Origin: an uncultured Clostridia bacterium
GTDB taxonomy: Bacteria > Bacillota > Clostridia > TANB77 > UBA1234
Direction: 5' to 3'
Length of the DNA: 64,000 nt
Assembly (NCBI GenBank): GCA_934149305.1
Contig: CAKPEF010000008.1
Coordinates: 1,885 to 65,884, forward strand
The first letter of the stretch is position 1; each line of letters starts with the position of its first letter. The position numbers and the translations under genes are program-made. This document shows positions 30,487-40,737 of this stretch, piece after piece. Under the pieces are notes generated by a model. It saw only the letters and a list, made by a program, of their open reading frames with translations. It did not search any database and was not told where the DNA came from.

Positions 30487-30613
30487 TTACCTTTGCTCCT
30501 TTCGTTATGATTTAGAGATTAGAAATTAGAGATTAAATTCTCTTTTATTTCTTTTCTCTATTTTATATTTATTTGAGCATCTAATTTCTAAGTTCTAATG
30601 CCCTTCTATTTTA

Positions 30614-30799
30614 TTACCAGCTTGCTTTTTTAACACCAGGTATTTGTCCCTTATGAGCTAACTCTCTAAAGCAAATTCTGCAAATACCATATTTACGAAT
30701 GTAACCATGTGGTCTTCCACATATTTTACATCTGTTATAGTATCTTGTGCTGAATTTAGGAGCTAGTTTTTGCTTAGCAATCATTGATTTTTTTGCCAC
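30614..30799 (-). CDS. rpsN: 30S ribosomal protein S14, zinc-binding type Z
   Basis: 61 aa, [23 protein letters not shown]. Confidence 0.96.
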   Translation of the reverse strand: MAKKSMIAKQKLAPKFSTRYYNRCKICGRPHGYIRKYGICRICFRELAHKGQIPGVKKASW

Positions 30800-30812
30800 T
30801 GTTTACCCTCCT

Positions 30813-31355
30813 TTACTTTGAAAATGGCATACCAAGAAGTTTTAACATCTCTTTTGCCTCTTCATCTGTGTTAGCTGTTGTTACAAAAATTATGTCCATA
30901 CCTCTGATTTTGTCGATTTTATCGTACTCGATTTCTGGGAATATCAATTGCTCTTTAACGCCCATTGAATAATTTCCTCTTCCATCGAAAGAATTTGGAG
31001 ATAATCCTTTGAAATCTCTAACTCTTGGAAGTGCAACTGCAAATAATCTCTCTACAAAATCATACATTTTTTGACTTCTAAGTGTAACCTTACATCCAAT
31101 TTCCATTCCTTCTCTAATCTTAAAACCAGCTATTGATTTTTTAGCCTTTGTTGTAACGGCTTTTTGACCAGTAATAATCTCTAAATCTCTAACAGCATTC
31201 TCTAAAGCTTTTGCATTATCTCTAACATCGCTTACGCCCATGTTTATAACAACTTTTTCAAGCTTTGGAACTTGCATTACTGATTTATAGTTAAATTTTT
31301 TCATTAACTCTGGTACTACTTCATTTTTATATACATCTTTTAATCCTGCCATCAC
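30813..31355 (-). CDS. rplE: 50S ribosomal protein L5
   Basis: [37 protein letters not shown]. Confidence 0.97.
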   Translation of the reverse strand: MMAGLKDVYKNEVVPELMKKFNYKSVMQVPKLEKVVINMGVSDVRDNAKALENAVRDLEIITGQKAVTTKAKKSIAGFKIREGMEIGCKVTLRSQKMYDFVERLFAVALPRVRDFKGLSPNSFDGRGNYSMGVKEQLIFPEIEYDKIDKIRGMDIIFVTTANTDEEAKEMLKLLGMPFSK

Positions 31356-31369
31356 GATTACCTCCTTTC

Positions 31370-31690
31370 TTATTTAATTTCTTCTCCACATTTAGCACAT
31401 ACTTTAACTTTTGTGCCATCCTTTTTAGTGTCGACCTTAACTCTAACACCTTTTCCACACTTTGAGCAGAATGGATTTGCTTTAGATGCGTTAATTGCAA
31501 CTTCAGCTTTTATAATTCCACCAGCTTCTCCTGCTTTTTTAGGTTTTGTATGTTTAGTTCTAACATTAACTCCTTCAACAACTACCGTATTATCTTTTGG
31601 GTTTGCTGCAAGAACTTTACCTTTTTTACCTTTATCAGCTCCAGAGTTTATAACTACTGTATCGCCTTTTTTAATGTGTAGATTTTTCAT
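31370..31690 (-). CDS. rplX: 50S ribosomal protein L24, with a C-terminal CxxC-x17-CxxC motif
   Basis: [25 protein letters not shown] motif. The C-terminus is [32 protein letters not shown]. Confidence 0.95.
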   Translation of the reverse strand: MKNLHIKKGDTVVINSGADKGKKGKVLAANPKDNTVVVEGVNVRTKHTKPKKAGEAGGIIKAEVAINASKANPFCSKCGKGVRVKVDTKKDGTKVKVCAKCGEEIK

Positions 31691-31753
31691 TTATTTTCAC
31701 ACCTACCTTTAAATGTTTATTTTTAAGTTTTGCTTTTATTTTGAACCCCAATA

Positions 31754-32122
31754 TTATAATACTTCAGGAGCAAGTGAAACGATTTTCATGTAATCGTTGT
31801 CTCTTAATTCTCTTGCTACTGGTCCAAATATACGTGTTCCTCTTGGAGTCTTGTCATCTTTTATTATAACTGCTGCATTTTCGTCAAATCTGATATAAGA
31901 ACCATCTGGTCTTTGAAGACCTTTTTTGCTTCTAACTATAACAGCTTTAACAACATCTCCTTTTTTAACCATTCCACCTGGTGCAGCACTTTTTACAGAA
32001 GCTACTATAACATCACCAATGTTAGCGAATTTTCTATAAGAACCGCCCATACATCTAATGCACATTAACTCTTTAGCACCTGTATTATCAGCAACTTTTA
32101 ATATTGTTTGTTGTTGTATCAT
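31754..32122 (-). CDS. rplN: 50S ribosomal protein L14
   Basis: [25 protein letters not shown] behind AAAGGAGAA. Confidence 0.97.
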   Translation of the reverse strand: MIQQQTILKVADNTGAKELMCIRCMGGSYRKFANIGDVIVASVKSAAPGGMVKKGDVVKAVIVRSKKGLQRPDGSYIRFDENAAVIIKDDKTPRGTRIFGPVARELRDNDYMKIVSLAPEVL

Positions 32123-32190
32123 TTTTATTTCTCCTTTCAGATGCATCTGTCCTCTGTCTCAAGGACTTACATCAATTTAAAAACATTAGC

Positions 32191-32448
32191 TTATTTAGCT
32201 TTTTCAACAATCTCAACTAATCTCCATCTCTTATCTTTAGATAAAGGTCTTGTTTCCATTACTTTAACTGTATCACCAATTCCGCATTCATTATTTTCAT
32301 CATGAGCTTTTAATTTGAATGTTCTTTTCATGATTTTTCCGTATAATGGGTGCTTATAACCAGTTTCAACAGCTACAACGATTGTTTTATCCATTTTATC
32401 GCTTATAACTTTTCCTACTCTAGTTTTTCTTAAAGCTCTTTCTTCCAT
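32191..32448 (-). CDS. rpsQ: 30S ribosomal protein S17
   Basis: [22 protein letters not shown]. Confidence 0.97.
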   Translation of the reverse strand: MEERALRKTRVGKVISDKMDKTIVVAVETGYKHPLYGKIMKRTFKLKAHDENNECGIGDTVKVMETRPLSKDKRWRLVEIVEKAK

Positions 32449-32488
32449 AACTTAAGTTCTTCTCCTTTCTTATGGATTTCTTTTTTTA

Positions 32489-32692
32489 TTATTCAGCGCT
32501 ATCTTGTAGCTCTCTTTCTTTTAATATAGTTTTAATCTTTGCTATATCTCTTTTTGTATTTCTAATTTTCATCGGATTATCTAGTCCGTTTGCAGCTGAT
32601 TGAAATCTTAATTTGAATAATTCTGATTTTAATTCAACTAGCTCTTTTTCTAAATCCGATGAAGTCATTTTTCTAATCTCATTAGCCTTCAT
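32489..32692 (-). CDS. rpmC: 50S ribosomal protein L29
   Basis: [31 protein letters not shown]. The ATG overlaps the rplP 3' end. Confidence 0.95.
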   Translation of the reverse strand: MKANEIRKMTSSDLEKELVELKSELFKLRFQSAANGLDNPMKIRNTKRDIAKIKTILKERELQDSAE

Positions 32693-33122
32693 CGTCTTCA
32701 CCACCTTCTACTTTACTTGCAGTAATGAATTTTGTTTTTACAGGAAGTTTGTGAGCAGCAAGTCTAAATGCTTCTCTTGCAACTTCTTCTGAAATTCCAG
32801 CCATTTCAAATAAAACTCTTCCTGGCTTAACTACAGCTACATAATATTCAACTGCTCCTTTTCCACTACCCATACGAGTTTCTGCTGGTTTCTTAGTAAT
32901 TGGTTTGTCTGGGAATATTTTGATCCAAACATTACCACCTCTTTTAATGAAACGTGTCATAGCAACTCTGGCAGCTTCTATTTGATTAGAAGTAATTCTT
33001 CCAGCTTCTAGTGCTTGTAAACCATACTCTCCATATGTTATTTCAGCACCTCTAGTAGCTCTACCTCTATTTCTACCTTTTTGCATTTTTCTATATTTTG
33101 TTCTTTTTGGCATTAGTGGCAT
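32682..33122 (-). CDS. rplP: 50S ribosomal protein L16
   Basis: [22 protein letters not shown]-type overlap with the rpsC stop. Confidence 0.97.
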   Translation of the reverse strand: MPLMPKRTKYRKMQKGRNRGRATRGAEITYGEYGLQALEAGRITSNQIEAARVAMTRFIKRGGNVWIKIFPDKPITKKPAETRMGSGKGAVEYYVAVVKPGRVLFEMAGISEEVAREAFRLAAHKLPVKTKFITASKVEGGEDDEG

Positions 33123-33781
33123 TATGCTCTACCTCCTTCTGCTTCTTTTTTTGTAGGAAGTACTTCGCCTTTATATATCCAAACTTTAACGCCGATTTTT
33201 CCGTATGTTGTATTTGCTTCTGCAAATCCATAATCGATATCAGCTCTTAATGTTTGTAGTGGCACTGTACCCTCTTTATAAAACTCTGATCTAGCGATTT
33301 CAGCACCGCCAAGTCTACCAGAAACTGCAGTTTTAATACCTTTTGCTCCTGCTTTTGTAGCTTTTGCCATGCTTTGTTTCAAAGCTTTTCTGTATGATAT
33401 TCTTCTTTCTAATTGTCCTGCAATGTTTTCTGCAACTAATTGTGCATCAGCATCAACATTTTTAACTTCTATTACATTTATGTTTATATCTTTCTTAAAC
33501 ATTTTTGCAATGTCAGCTCTTAATTTGTTAACGCTTTCACCATTTTTACCAAGTACAATACCTGGTTTTGCAGTATAAACATTTGCTTTTATACTTTTTG
33601 CTGTTCTTTCGATTTCAATTCTTGAAACTCCAGCAGCAAATAAACTCTTTTTAATATATTTACGAATTGCAACATCTTCAACTAGGTTATTTGCAAAATC
33701 TTTCTTGTTTGCGTACCATTTTGAATCCCAATCCTTAATTATTCCCACTCTTAAACCATGTGGGTCCATTTTTTGTCCCAT
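33122..33781 (-). CDS. rpsC: 30S ribosomal protein S3
   Basis: [24 protein letters not shown]. Confidence 0.97.
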   Translation of the reverse strand: MGQKMDPHGLRVGIIKDWDSKWYANKKDFANNLVEDVAIRKYIKKSLFAAGVSRIEIERTAKSIKANVYTAKPGIVLGKNGESVNKLRADIAKMFKKDININVIEVKNVDADAQLVAENIAGQLERRISYRKALKQSMAKATKAGAKGIKTAVSGRLGGAEIARSEFYKEGTVPLQTLRADIDYGFAEANTTYGKIGVKVWIYKGEVLPTKKEAEGGRA

Positions 33782-33801
33782 TTAAAATATCCTCCTTTCT
33801 A

Positions 33802-34137
33802 CTAATCTCTTTCTTTTAATACAACTTCAATGTGAGAAGTTCTTTTTCTTATTCTATTAGCTCTACCTTGTGTAGCAGCTCTTATTCTCTTCATTGTAGC
33901 ACCTTGATTAGCATAGATCTCAGCAACATATAATTTGCTAGCATCCATATTGTGATTATTTTCTGCATTTGCAATAGCTGATTTTAATAATTTTTCAACT
34001 AATGGAGATGCAGCTTTTGGTGTGAACTTTAAAATTGCTAATGCTTCATTAACATCTTTTCCTCTAATTAAATCGATAACGATTTTAACTTTTCTGGCAG
34101 ATATTCTAGCATGTTTTAAACTAGCTCTACTTTCCAC
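33802..34137 (-). CDS. rplV: 50S ribosomal protein L22
   Basis: [18 protein letters not shown]. Confidence 0.97.
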   Translation of the reverse strand: MESRASLKHARISARKVKIVIDLIRGKDVNEALAILKFTPKAASPLVEKLLKSAIANAENNHNMDASKLYVAEIYANQGATMKRIRAATQGRANRIRKRTSHIEVVLKERD

Positions 34138-34168
34138 TTTTATTTCCTCCTATCATTACGATTTTATA

Positions 34169-34450
34169 TTATTTACTAACTTTAGTAGTTTTGTCTCCAG
34201 CGTGACCTTTAAAAGTTCTTGTTGGAACAAACTCACCTAGTTTGTGACCGATCATTTCATCTGAAATATAAACTGGAACATGTTTTCTTCCATCATGTAC
34301 AGCTATTGTATGGCCAACCATTTGAGGGAAGATTGTTGATGCTCTTGACCAAGTTTTTAAAACTTCTTTTTTGTTTTCTTCGTTCATTTTTTCGATTCTA
34401 GCTAAAAGCTTTGGATCAACGAAAGGTCCTTTTTTAATAGATCTTGACAT
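34169..34450 (-). CDS. rpsS: 30S ribosomal protein S19
   Basis: [16 protein letters not shown] ... [17 protein letters not shown]. Confidence 0.97.
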   Translation of the reverse strand: MSRSIKKGPFVDPKLLARIEKMNEENKKEVLKTWSRASTIFPQMVGHTIAVHDGRKHVPVYISDEMIGHKLGEFVPTRTFKGHAGDKTTKVSK

Positions 34451-34463
34451 TTAACTTACCTCC

Positions 34464-35297
34464 TTATTTAGCATTTCTTCTCTTTGTTATAAACTTGCTG
34501 CTTGCTTTCTTAGCGTTACGTGTCTTGTAACCAAGAGCTGGTTTGCCCCAAGGAGTAACAGGTCCTGGTCTACCAACTGGTGACTTACCTTCACCACCAC
34601 CATGAGGGTGATCATTAGGGTTCATTACAGAACCTCTAACTTCAGGTCTCTTGCCTAACCATCTGCTCTTACCAGCTTTACCTAGCTTGATATTTTCATG
34701 CTCAGTATTACCGATTTGACCGATTGTAGCTATGCAATCAACACTTACTAATCTCATTTCGCCTGATGGTAATCTAACATGTGCATATTTACCCTCTTTA
34801 GCCATAAGTTGTGCTGCGTTACCTGCACTTCTTACCATTTGAGCACCCTTACCTGGTTTTAACTCTATACAATGAATCATTGTACCAACAGGAATGCTTG
34901 AAATTGGTAGGCTGTTACCTGGTTTTATATCTGCATTCTTTCCAGCCATAACTTTGCTTCCAACTTTTAATCCGATTGGAGCTAAGATATATGCTTTTTC
35001 GCCATCTTCATATTGTAATAATGCGATGTTAGCTGTTCTGTTTGGATCATATTCTATTGAAACAACAGTAGCTGGAACATCTACTTTTCTTCTCTTAAAA
35101 TCTATAATTCTATATTTTCTTCTTGAACCGCCACCTTGATGTCTAACAGTGATTCTACCATAAGAATTTCTACCAGCATGTTTCTTTAAGCTTGTTGTTA
35201 AAGACTTCTCTGGTTTTGTTTTTGTGATTTCTTCAAATGTAGAAACTGTCATACCTCTTCTAGATGGAGTTGTTGGTTTAAATTGTTTAATACCCAT
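34464..35297 (-). CDS. rplB: 50S ribosomal protein L2
   Basis: [17 protein letters not shown] ... [13 protein letters not shown]. Confidence 0.98.
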   Translation of the reverse strand: MGIKQFKPTTPSRRGMTVSTFEEITKTKPEKSLTTSLKKHAGRNSYGRITVRHQGGGSRRKYRIIDFKRRKVDVPATVVSIEYDPNRTANIALLQYEDGEKAYILAPIGLKVGSKVMAGKNADIKPGNSLPISSIPVGTMIHCIELKPGKGAQMVRSAGNAAQLMAKEGKYAHVRLPSGEMRLVSVDCIATIGQIGNTEHENIKLGKAGKSRWLGKRPEVRGSVMNPNDHPHGGGEGKSPVGRPGPVTPWGKPALGYKTRNAKKASSKFITKRRNAK

Positions 35298-35420
35298 TTT
35301 TTCTCTCCCTTTCTAATGTTTAGAAATTTACAATTTCTTTTTTGTTTGCTAATTTTGCAGGCTAAAGTCTATTGGGTTATAAACTCCATGTCTTTAACTA
35401 TTAGCAAATCTATATTTTAA

Positions 35421-35765
35421 CTAAGCTCCAAAAGCTTCAATAGATGTTTTGTATTTTTTATCTATTTTCTTAACTTTTCCGCCTTTGTCTAAGTAAGTCA
35501 TTTCTTTAGCATCTGTTGCTATTGTAACAATTGCTTTCTTCCAGTCAGATGTTCTTCCTTGATGAACACCTTGTCTCTTTGGCTTACCTTTAACGTTTAT
35601 TGTTTTAACGTCAAGTACTTTTACTTCGAATAATTTTTCAATGGCATTTCTAATATCTATTTTAGTTGCCTTTTTATTAACTTCAAATGTGTACTTTCCT
35701 TCATTCATAGCAAAACTGCTTTTTTCTGTAACTATTGGTCTAATGATTATATCTTCTGCTACCAT
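35421..35765 (-). CDS. rplW: 50S ribosomal protein L23 (with a C-terminal extension)
   Basis: [44 protein letters not shown]. Confidence 0.95.
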   Translation of the reverse strand: MVAEDIIIRPIVTEKSSFAMNEGKYTFEVNKKATKIDIRNAIEKLFEVKVLDVKTINVKGKPKRQGVHQGRTSDWKKAIVTIATDAKEMTYLDKGGKVKKIDKKYKTSIEAFGA

Positions 35766-36385
35766 TATGCGTACACCTCCTCTATTTTGGCTACTGCATC
35801 TTTAGTAACAACGAACATATCATACTTTAAGATATCATATGTATTGATTGTGTTTACTAAAGCTGTTTTAATATTAGGAATGTTTCTAGCTGAAGCTTGT
35901 ACATTTAAGTTTTTATCAGCTAAAACTACTAATGCTCTGTTTACATTTAAATTCTCTAATACTTTTGCCATATTCTTTGTTTTAATTTCATCAAAATCTA
36001 AGCTGTCTAATACAACAAGTTTGTTTTCTTGAACTTTTGTTGTTAAAGCAGATTTTAATGCAAGTCTTCTAACTTTTTTATTTAAAGTGTATCTGTATGA
36101 TCTTGGTTTTGGTCCAAGTGCGATACCACCTTTAATCCATTGTGGAGCTCTGATACTACCTTGTCTAGCTCTACCTGTACCTTTTTGTTTCCAAGGTTTC
36201 TTTCCACCACCAGTTACTTCTGTACGTGTTTTTGTAGATTGTGTACCTTGTCTTTGATTAGCTAAATAATTAAGAACTACTTCATGCATAACATCTTCAT
36301 TAACTTCTACTGCGAAAATGCTGTCTGCAAGCTCTATATCGCCAACCTTTTTGCCTTCTTTATTTAATAAATCAACCTTTGGCAT
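35765..36385 (-). CDS. rplD: 50S ribosomal protein L4
   Basis: [25 protein letters not shown]. Confidence 0.97.
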   Translation of the reverse strand: MPKVDLLNKEGKKVGDIELADSIFAVEVNEDVMHEVVLNYLANQRQGTQSTKTRTEVTGGGKKPWKQKGTGRARQGSIRAPQWIKGGIALGPKPRSYRYTLNKKVRRLALKSALTTKVQENKLVVLDSLDFDEIKTKNMAKVLENLNVNRALVVLADKNLNVQASARNIPNIKTALVNTINTYDILKYDMFVVTKDAVAKIEEVYA

Positions 36386-36404
36386 TTATATTTCCTCCTT
36401 CCTC

Positions 36405-37055
36405 TTATTTAGCACTCTTAGAAACTGCTGTTCTAGCTGTTTCTTTAATTCTTACTAATGAATTTTTATATCCTGGAATTGAACCTTTAATTAAGATAAC
36501 GTTCTTATCCATGTCAACCTTAACAATTTGTAAGTTTTGTACTGTTACAGTATCTTTTCCTGTATGTCCTGGTAACTTCTTACCTGGGAATACTCTACCT
36601 GGTGAAGATGTAGGTCCCATAGAACCTGGTCTTCTGTGATACATAGAACCATGTCCTTTTGGTCCAATGTGTTGTCCATGTCTCTTAATAACACCTTGGA
36701 ATCCTTTTCCTTTAGAAACGCCTTGAACATCAACTAATTCTCCAGCTTCGAAGATATCAGCTTTGATTTCATCTCCAACATTATAAGATTCGATATCGTC
36801 TAATCTTAATTCTTTTACATTTTTCTTATATGCAAGTTTAACTTTATCAAATTGACCTTTTTCAGGTTTGTTCATTTGTTTTTCTTTAACTTCTCCAGTT
36901 GCAAGAACTATTGCGTTGTAACCATCTGTTTCAACAGTTTTCTTTCTTAAAACTAAGCTTGGTTCAACTTCTACAACTGTTACTGGAATAACTAATCCGT
37001 CGTTATCGAATATTTGAGTCATTCCTAATTTTTTTCCGTAAATACCTTTTTTCAT
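36405..37055 (-). CDS. rplC: 50S ribosomal protein L3
   Basis: KKGIYGKKLGMTQIFDNDGLVIPVTVVE. Confidence 0.97.
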   Translation of the reverse strand: MKKGIYGKKLGMTQIFDNDGLVIPVTVVEVEPSLVLRKKTVETDGYNAIVLATGEVKEKQMNKPEKGQFDKVKLAYKKNVKELRLDDIESYNVGDEIKADIFEAGELVDVQGVSKGKGFQGVIKRHGQHIGPKGHGSMYHRRPGSMGPTSSPGRVFPGKKLPGHTGKDTVTVQNLQIVKVDMDKNVILIKGSIPGYKNSLVRIKETARTAVSKSAK

Positions 37056-37137
37056 TGTTAATTAACCTCCTTGGCTATTGGTTCACACTTTTTGGTGAAC
37101 ATGACCTTTGTTTCCGAACTTACTATATAATAGATAA

Positions 37138-37479
37138 TTATTTATCTATTTTCATTTCAACTTCTACACCAGCTGGTAACTCGATTTTCATAAGAGCTTC
37201 AGTTGTTTTTGAAGTTGGGTAAAGAATATCGATAACTCTCTTGTGTGTTCTCATTTCGAATTGTTCTCTTGAATCTTTGTATTTGTGAGGTGATCTCAAG
37301 ATTGTTACAACTTCTTTCTTTGTAGGTAGTGGAATTGGACCAGATACGCTAGCGCCTGTTCTCTTAGCCGTTTCTACTATTTTTTCAGCAGACTGATCTA
37401 AAATTGCATGATCGAAAGCTTTAAGTCTAATTCTAATTTTTTCCTTTCCTACTTCTGCTACTTTGTTTGCTTTTGGCAT
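37138..37479 (-). CDS. rpsJ: 30S ribosomal protein S10
   Basis: [30 protein letters not shown]... Confidence 0.97.
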   Translation of the reverse strand: MPKANKVAEVGKEKIRIRLKAFDHAILDQSAEKIVETAKRTGASVSGPIPLPTKKEVVTILRSPHKYKDSREQFEMRTHKRVIDILYPTSKTTEALMKIELPAGVEVEMKIDK

Positions 37480-37690
37480 CGTTTTTCCCTCCTTAAAAAT
37501 TTGCGTGCCAGCAAAGCTTCAACGCACCCGGGTGTTTCAAGAACTCCCATTATTAAACCCAAGGCAGAAAATCCTTGGGAAAAGTGCTTTCTAACCCTTG
37601 CCGCCCGATTTCAAACCGGACATACTCCGTGAAAGTTCCCTGCCAACTAGGGGCAGCCACATTTCACATCAACGCATTATCACAGCAAGT
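37480..37690 (-). promoter_or_regulatory. about 205-nt GC-rich structured 5' leader of the S10 operon (candidate cis-regulatory RNA)
   Basis: Stems readable in minus-strand sense: GUGAAA...UUUCAC enclosing CUGCC/GGCAG; CCCAAGG-8 nt-CCUUGGG; and UGCGU...ACGCA followed by AAUUUUU just before the AAGGAGGG RBS. The composition contrasts sharply with the AT-rich surroundings. Confidence 0.5.
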
Positions 37691-37693
37691 ATT

Positions 37694-37722
37694 ATTATAA
37701 AGCCTACTAGCTAAAAAAGCAA
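37694..37722 (-). promoter_or_regulatory. sigma-A-type promoter of the S10 operon
   Basis: Minus strand: TTGCTT (37717..37722), 17 nt, TATAAT (37694..37699). Confidence 0.5.
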
Positions 37723-37804
37723 GCTTTTTTTGAATTTTTTTCTTGTTTTATGTAAATTTATTTTTGCTAATTTTTGCAATTATAAATCAGGTTGATTTTC
37801 AGCG

Positions 37805-38410
37805 TTATTTTTTCAAATCCTTCACATTAAATAAGTTATATCCTTCATAATTATAACTTGTATCTATGCCTTTCATGTAGACTTCTCTGTCATTTATTTT
37901 GTCTGTTAGTGCATTTTTTAACAAATATTTAATTTCTAGATTTTTTATTGGACTTCTCTCCATTGCCAATAGGTAATCTTCTTTGTTTATTTTGCTCCAA
38001 TCAACTACCATTTTTAATTCTTTTTTTAGTATCATATCTAGCCATATTCTAGTGCTTCTTCCGTTTCCTTCTCTAAATGGATGAGCAACATTCATCTCTA
38101 TATACTTTTCTACAATTTCATCAAAATTGCTTTGAGGCATTTGGTCAATTTTGTTTAAGGCTTCTTCTAAATACATTGCAGATACAAATCTAAAATTGTT
38201 TTTTGATATATTTTCTTTTCTAATTTCACCAGCAAATTCATATATATCTTCAAACAAATATTTATGTATTTCTGCTAAACCTTTGTATGTACCTACTTCT
38301 ATTTTATCTAATGTTTTATTTTCGAACAATTCGATTGCCTTTATTTTTGTTATTCTTTCTTCTTTTGCTAGTTCTATCGAATTTGTTATACCTAATTTAT
38401 TTTCTAACAT
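37805..38410 (-). CDS. fic: Fic family protein (adenylyltransferase type) with a C-terminal inhibitory-helix motif
   Basis: [12 protein letters not shown] Fic motif. The C-terminal TSYNYEG fits (S/T)xxxE(G/N). Confidence 0.88.
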   Translation of the reverse strand: MLENKLGITNSIELAKEERITKIKAIELFENKTLDKIEVGTYKGLAEIHKYLFEDIYEFAGEIRKENISKNNFRFVSAMYLEEALNKIDQMPQSNFDEIVEKYIEMNVAHPFREGNGRSTRIWLDMILKKELKMVVDWSKINKEDYLLAMERSPIKNLEIKYLLKNALTDKINDREVYMKGIDTSYNYEGYNLFNVKDLKK

Positions 38411-38497
38411 TATTATTTTATATGATGTTTAATATCATATTTTCCTTTCCATTTTCTTTTAGAATACCAAAAATTTTAGCAAATTGCAATTTTTGTT

Positions 38498-39451
38498 TTA
38501 AAGTTCTTCTCCAGCTCCTATTTTTCTAGCTTTTTTATATTTTTCGCCATCCTTTTTAGTTATTTTCTCTTCTTCTATGCCATTTGGTGTGCATATTTTT
38601 AATTCAACATAACCTTTGGATATTTTCGGATGTCTTAGTACTCTGTTTTGTGTGCCAGATATCTCTTCCTTACTTGCTAATAGATAGATGTATTTTTCGT
38701 CTTCGAATGGTGATTCTGCATCTTTTAAGTTCTTATGTATTTTTGTTCTTTCTATTCTACATGTAAAGTGACACCAATCATATTCTGGAAGCTTGCACTC
38801 TGTGCCTTGCGGGCATGGCGCAATTATTGTTGCTCCTTGCTCTATTAAAGCTTTTTTGTATTTCATCATACTTTTGTAGTTTTCTGGCGTGCCTGGTTCT
38901 ATTATAAATAGAAATTTATTTGTTGACTGCCATAGCTTTTTTAGTACAGTTTCTTTTTGTTCTTCTTTTATTTCATTTAGCATATATGAGGATACAACAA
39001 AATCTGCTTTTTTTATAAACTCTCCTGCTGTTATATCTTTTAAAGTCCATTCAGCCTTTTCCAGATTTGTATTTTGCATAAGTTTTTTCCCAAATTTGAG
39101 CATGTTTTCTTCTCGCTCTACACATATTATTTCTTCAAAATCAAATATTTCATTAAGTGCCCATGTTGCCGCTCCTGTACCGGCTCCAACATCTAAAAGT
39201 GATTTTATTTCTATGTTCTTTATGTATTTATATGAATTTTCTATTGCAGAATGTACAGCGGTGTATGTCGCAGGCATTCTTGCATTTGCATACGAAACAA
39301 CATCTATCTCACTCGATAATAAAGTAGTTCCTGTTCTTTTTTGATTCATATATCTTTCGCTAATATTCGAATATGCATTCTTTAATTCTGTTTGTTTATA
39401 TTTATTTGATATTTCTTCTAAATTAGTTTTTAATTCTTCTGGCAGTTTCAT
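38498..39451 (-). CDS. Rsm22-like SAM-dependent methyltransferase
   Basis: LLDVGAGTGAATWAL SAM motif. The N-terminal ...RMPATYTAVHSAI... and a C-terminal Cys cluster are as in the Rsm22/COG5459 family (recognised from memory). Confidence 0.7.
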   Translation of the reverse strand: MKLPEELKTNLEEISNKYKQTELKNAYSNISERYMNQKRTGTTLLSSEIDVVSYANARMPATYTAVHSAIENSYKYIKNIEIKSLLDVGAGTGAATWALNEIFDFEEIICVEREENMLKFGKKLMQNTNLEKAEWTLKDITAGEFIKKADFVVSSYMLNEIKEEQKETVLKKLWQSTNKFLFIIEPGTPENYKSMMKYKKALIEQGATIIAPCPQGTECKLPEYDWCHFTCRIERTKIHKNLKDAESPFEDEKYIYLLASKEEISGTQNRVLRHPKISKGYVELKICTPNGIEEEKITKKDGEKYKKARKIGAGEEL

Positions 39452-39468
39452 TTTTCTCTCCCGTTTTA

Positions 39469-39590
39469 AGTTTGTTCACTAGTTATAATGTTTTTTAGAT
39501 TTTATTTTAGTGTAGTACCTTCAATTGATTTTTTATGGAGCACACTGTGCTCCGCTACTTTTTTGGCACTAATATTTATTTGGTGCTGAT
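39469..39590 (+). repeat. GTAG-hairpin intergenic repeat (first unit of a tandem pair)
   Basis: GTTTGTTCACTAGTTATAATG...TCAATTGATTTTTTATGGAGCACACTGTGCTCCGCTACTTTTTTGGCACTAATATTTATTTGGTGCTGA. Confidence 0.9.
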
Positions 39591-39596
39591 TTTTAT

Positions 39597-39655
39597 TTGT
39601 TTATGGAGCACGCCTAAGCTTAAGCTACATTTCTGCACTAATATTTATTTTGTTA
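39597..39655 (+). repeat. GTAG-hairpin intergenic repeat (second unit), overlapping the alr stop codon
   Basis: TTTGTTTATGGAGCACGCCTAAGCTTAAGCTACATTTCTGCACTAATATTTATTTTGTTA. The alr stop is at 39653..39655. Confidence 0.85.
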
Positions 39656-40714
39656 TACATATATTCTTGGCACTCTTTTTCCTATGTTACATATTACTTC
39701 GTAACTTATTGTGTCTAGATGTTTTGCAACTTCATTTACATGCTCTATATCTCTTAATATTTCTACTGTGTCATGGACCTTTATGCTATCATCAATTTTA
39801 ACAAATAGCATATCCATGCATATGTTTCCTATTATTTCACAAGGCTTATTATTTATATATACATTTCTTCCTTTATTTTTTCTGATTACACCATCTGCAT
39901 ATCCAATCGGCACTACAGCTATTTTTGTTTTTTCTTTCGCTGTATACGTTGCATTATACCCAAGTGTTTCTCCCTCTTCTAATGTATTTATTTGTATAAC
40001 TTCACTTTTTAATTTGAATGTTGGTTTTAATTCTAAATCTTTCTCATCAGTAAATCCATACATTATAATGCCAAGCCTACAACCATTTATATACTCTGGC
40101 TTTTTATATTTTTCCATTGCCTCGCTTGCCGATATATGTTTTATTTTTATTTTTGTACCTTCTATTAAATCTAGCATTTTTTTATATTTTTTCAATTGCT
40201 TATTATATAATTCTTCATTAGACGCCTCATATATGTGCGAGTATATTCCTTCTATGTCCACATTCGCATCTTTTAATTTGCAATATACTTTTTCTAATTC
40301 TTTTTCATCTTTTATTCCTAATCTATTCATTCCTGTATTTAGCTTTATATGTACTTTGCATTTTTCATTTAGTACATCTTCTATTTCTTCTAAATATTCG
40401 ATGCTATTTATTGTTAATGTTATTTTGTTTTCAATTGCCTTTTTTATATATTCTTTTGGAATTATTCCTAAACAAAGAATTTGGATATCTATGTTTTGGT
40501 TTCTTATTGCAAGAGCTTCTTCAAATGTCGCAACTGCCAAATAATTCACGCCTGCTTCTATCATTTTAGGTATTACTCCAATTTCATGTCCATAGCAATC
40601 CGCTTTAACAACACCAAAATAGTACTCATATTCATTATGCTTCTTTATTATCTTTTGGATGTTGTTTTTTATATTATTTAAATAAACTTCCATATATGTA
40701 TTTCTACTAAGCAT
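39653..40714 (-). CDS. alr: alanine racemase
   Basis: GVVKADCYGHE (PLP lysine context), C-terminal YEVICNIGKRVPRIY, 353 aa. Confidence 0.92.
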   Translation of the reverse strand: MLSRNTYMEVYLNNIKNNIQKIIKKHNEYEYYFGVVKADCYGHEIGVIPKMIEAGVNYLAVATFEEALAIRNQNIDIQILCLGIIPKEYIKKAIENKITLTINSIEYLEEIEDVLNEKCKVHIKLNTGMNRLGIKDEKELEKVYCKLKDANVDIEGIYSHIYEASNEELYNKQLKKYKKMLDLIEGTKIKIKHISASEAMEKYKKPEYINGCRLGIIMYGFTDEKDLELKPTFKLKSEVIQINTLEEGETLGYNATYTAKEKTKIAVVPIGYADGVIRKNKGRNVYINNKPCEIIGNICMDMLFVKIDDSIKVHDTVEILRDIEHVNEVAKHLDTISYEVICNIGKRVPRIYV

Positions 40715-40737
40715 TATGTTCCTCCATCCTATTAGAG

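Noticed and set aside
37480-37690. I considered the GC-rich rpsJ leader as SRP RNA, 6S RNA, a tRNA or a T-box.
   Set aside because: It lacks the SRP helix-8 GGAA tetraloop context, tRNA cloverleaf dimensions and a T-box specifier/antiterminator layout. Its position directly between a promoter and the rpsJ RBS fits a cis-acting leader better.
39535-39801. ORFs starting at the ATGGAGCAC of the repeat core (MEHTVLRY...), and a 17-codon ORF readable on the opposite strand of copy 22748..22882 (MKNKICHQKCSGAQCAP).
   Set aside because: The reading frames are not conserved between copies. Stops fall after 4 to 40 codons at different places and several copies lack the ATG. No RBS precedes them, so the element is treated as non-coding.
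39711-40544. A 277-aa + strand ORF antisense to alr, and many similar + strand ORFs in the track (for example 13271..13702, 14037..14459, 21340..21771, 38889..39344, 43266..43763, 63401..63937).
   Set aside because: They are shadow ORFs opposite well-supported genes. Their Ser/Phe/Ile/Leu-rich low-complexity translations are typical of the antisense strand of AT-rich coding DNA. They have no RBS and no recognisable family.
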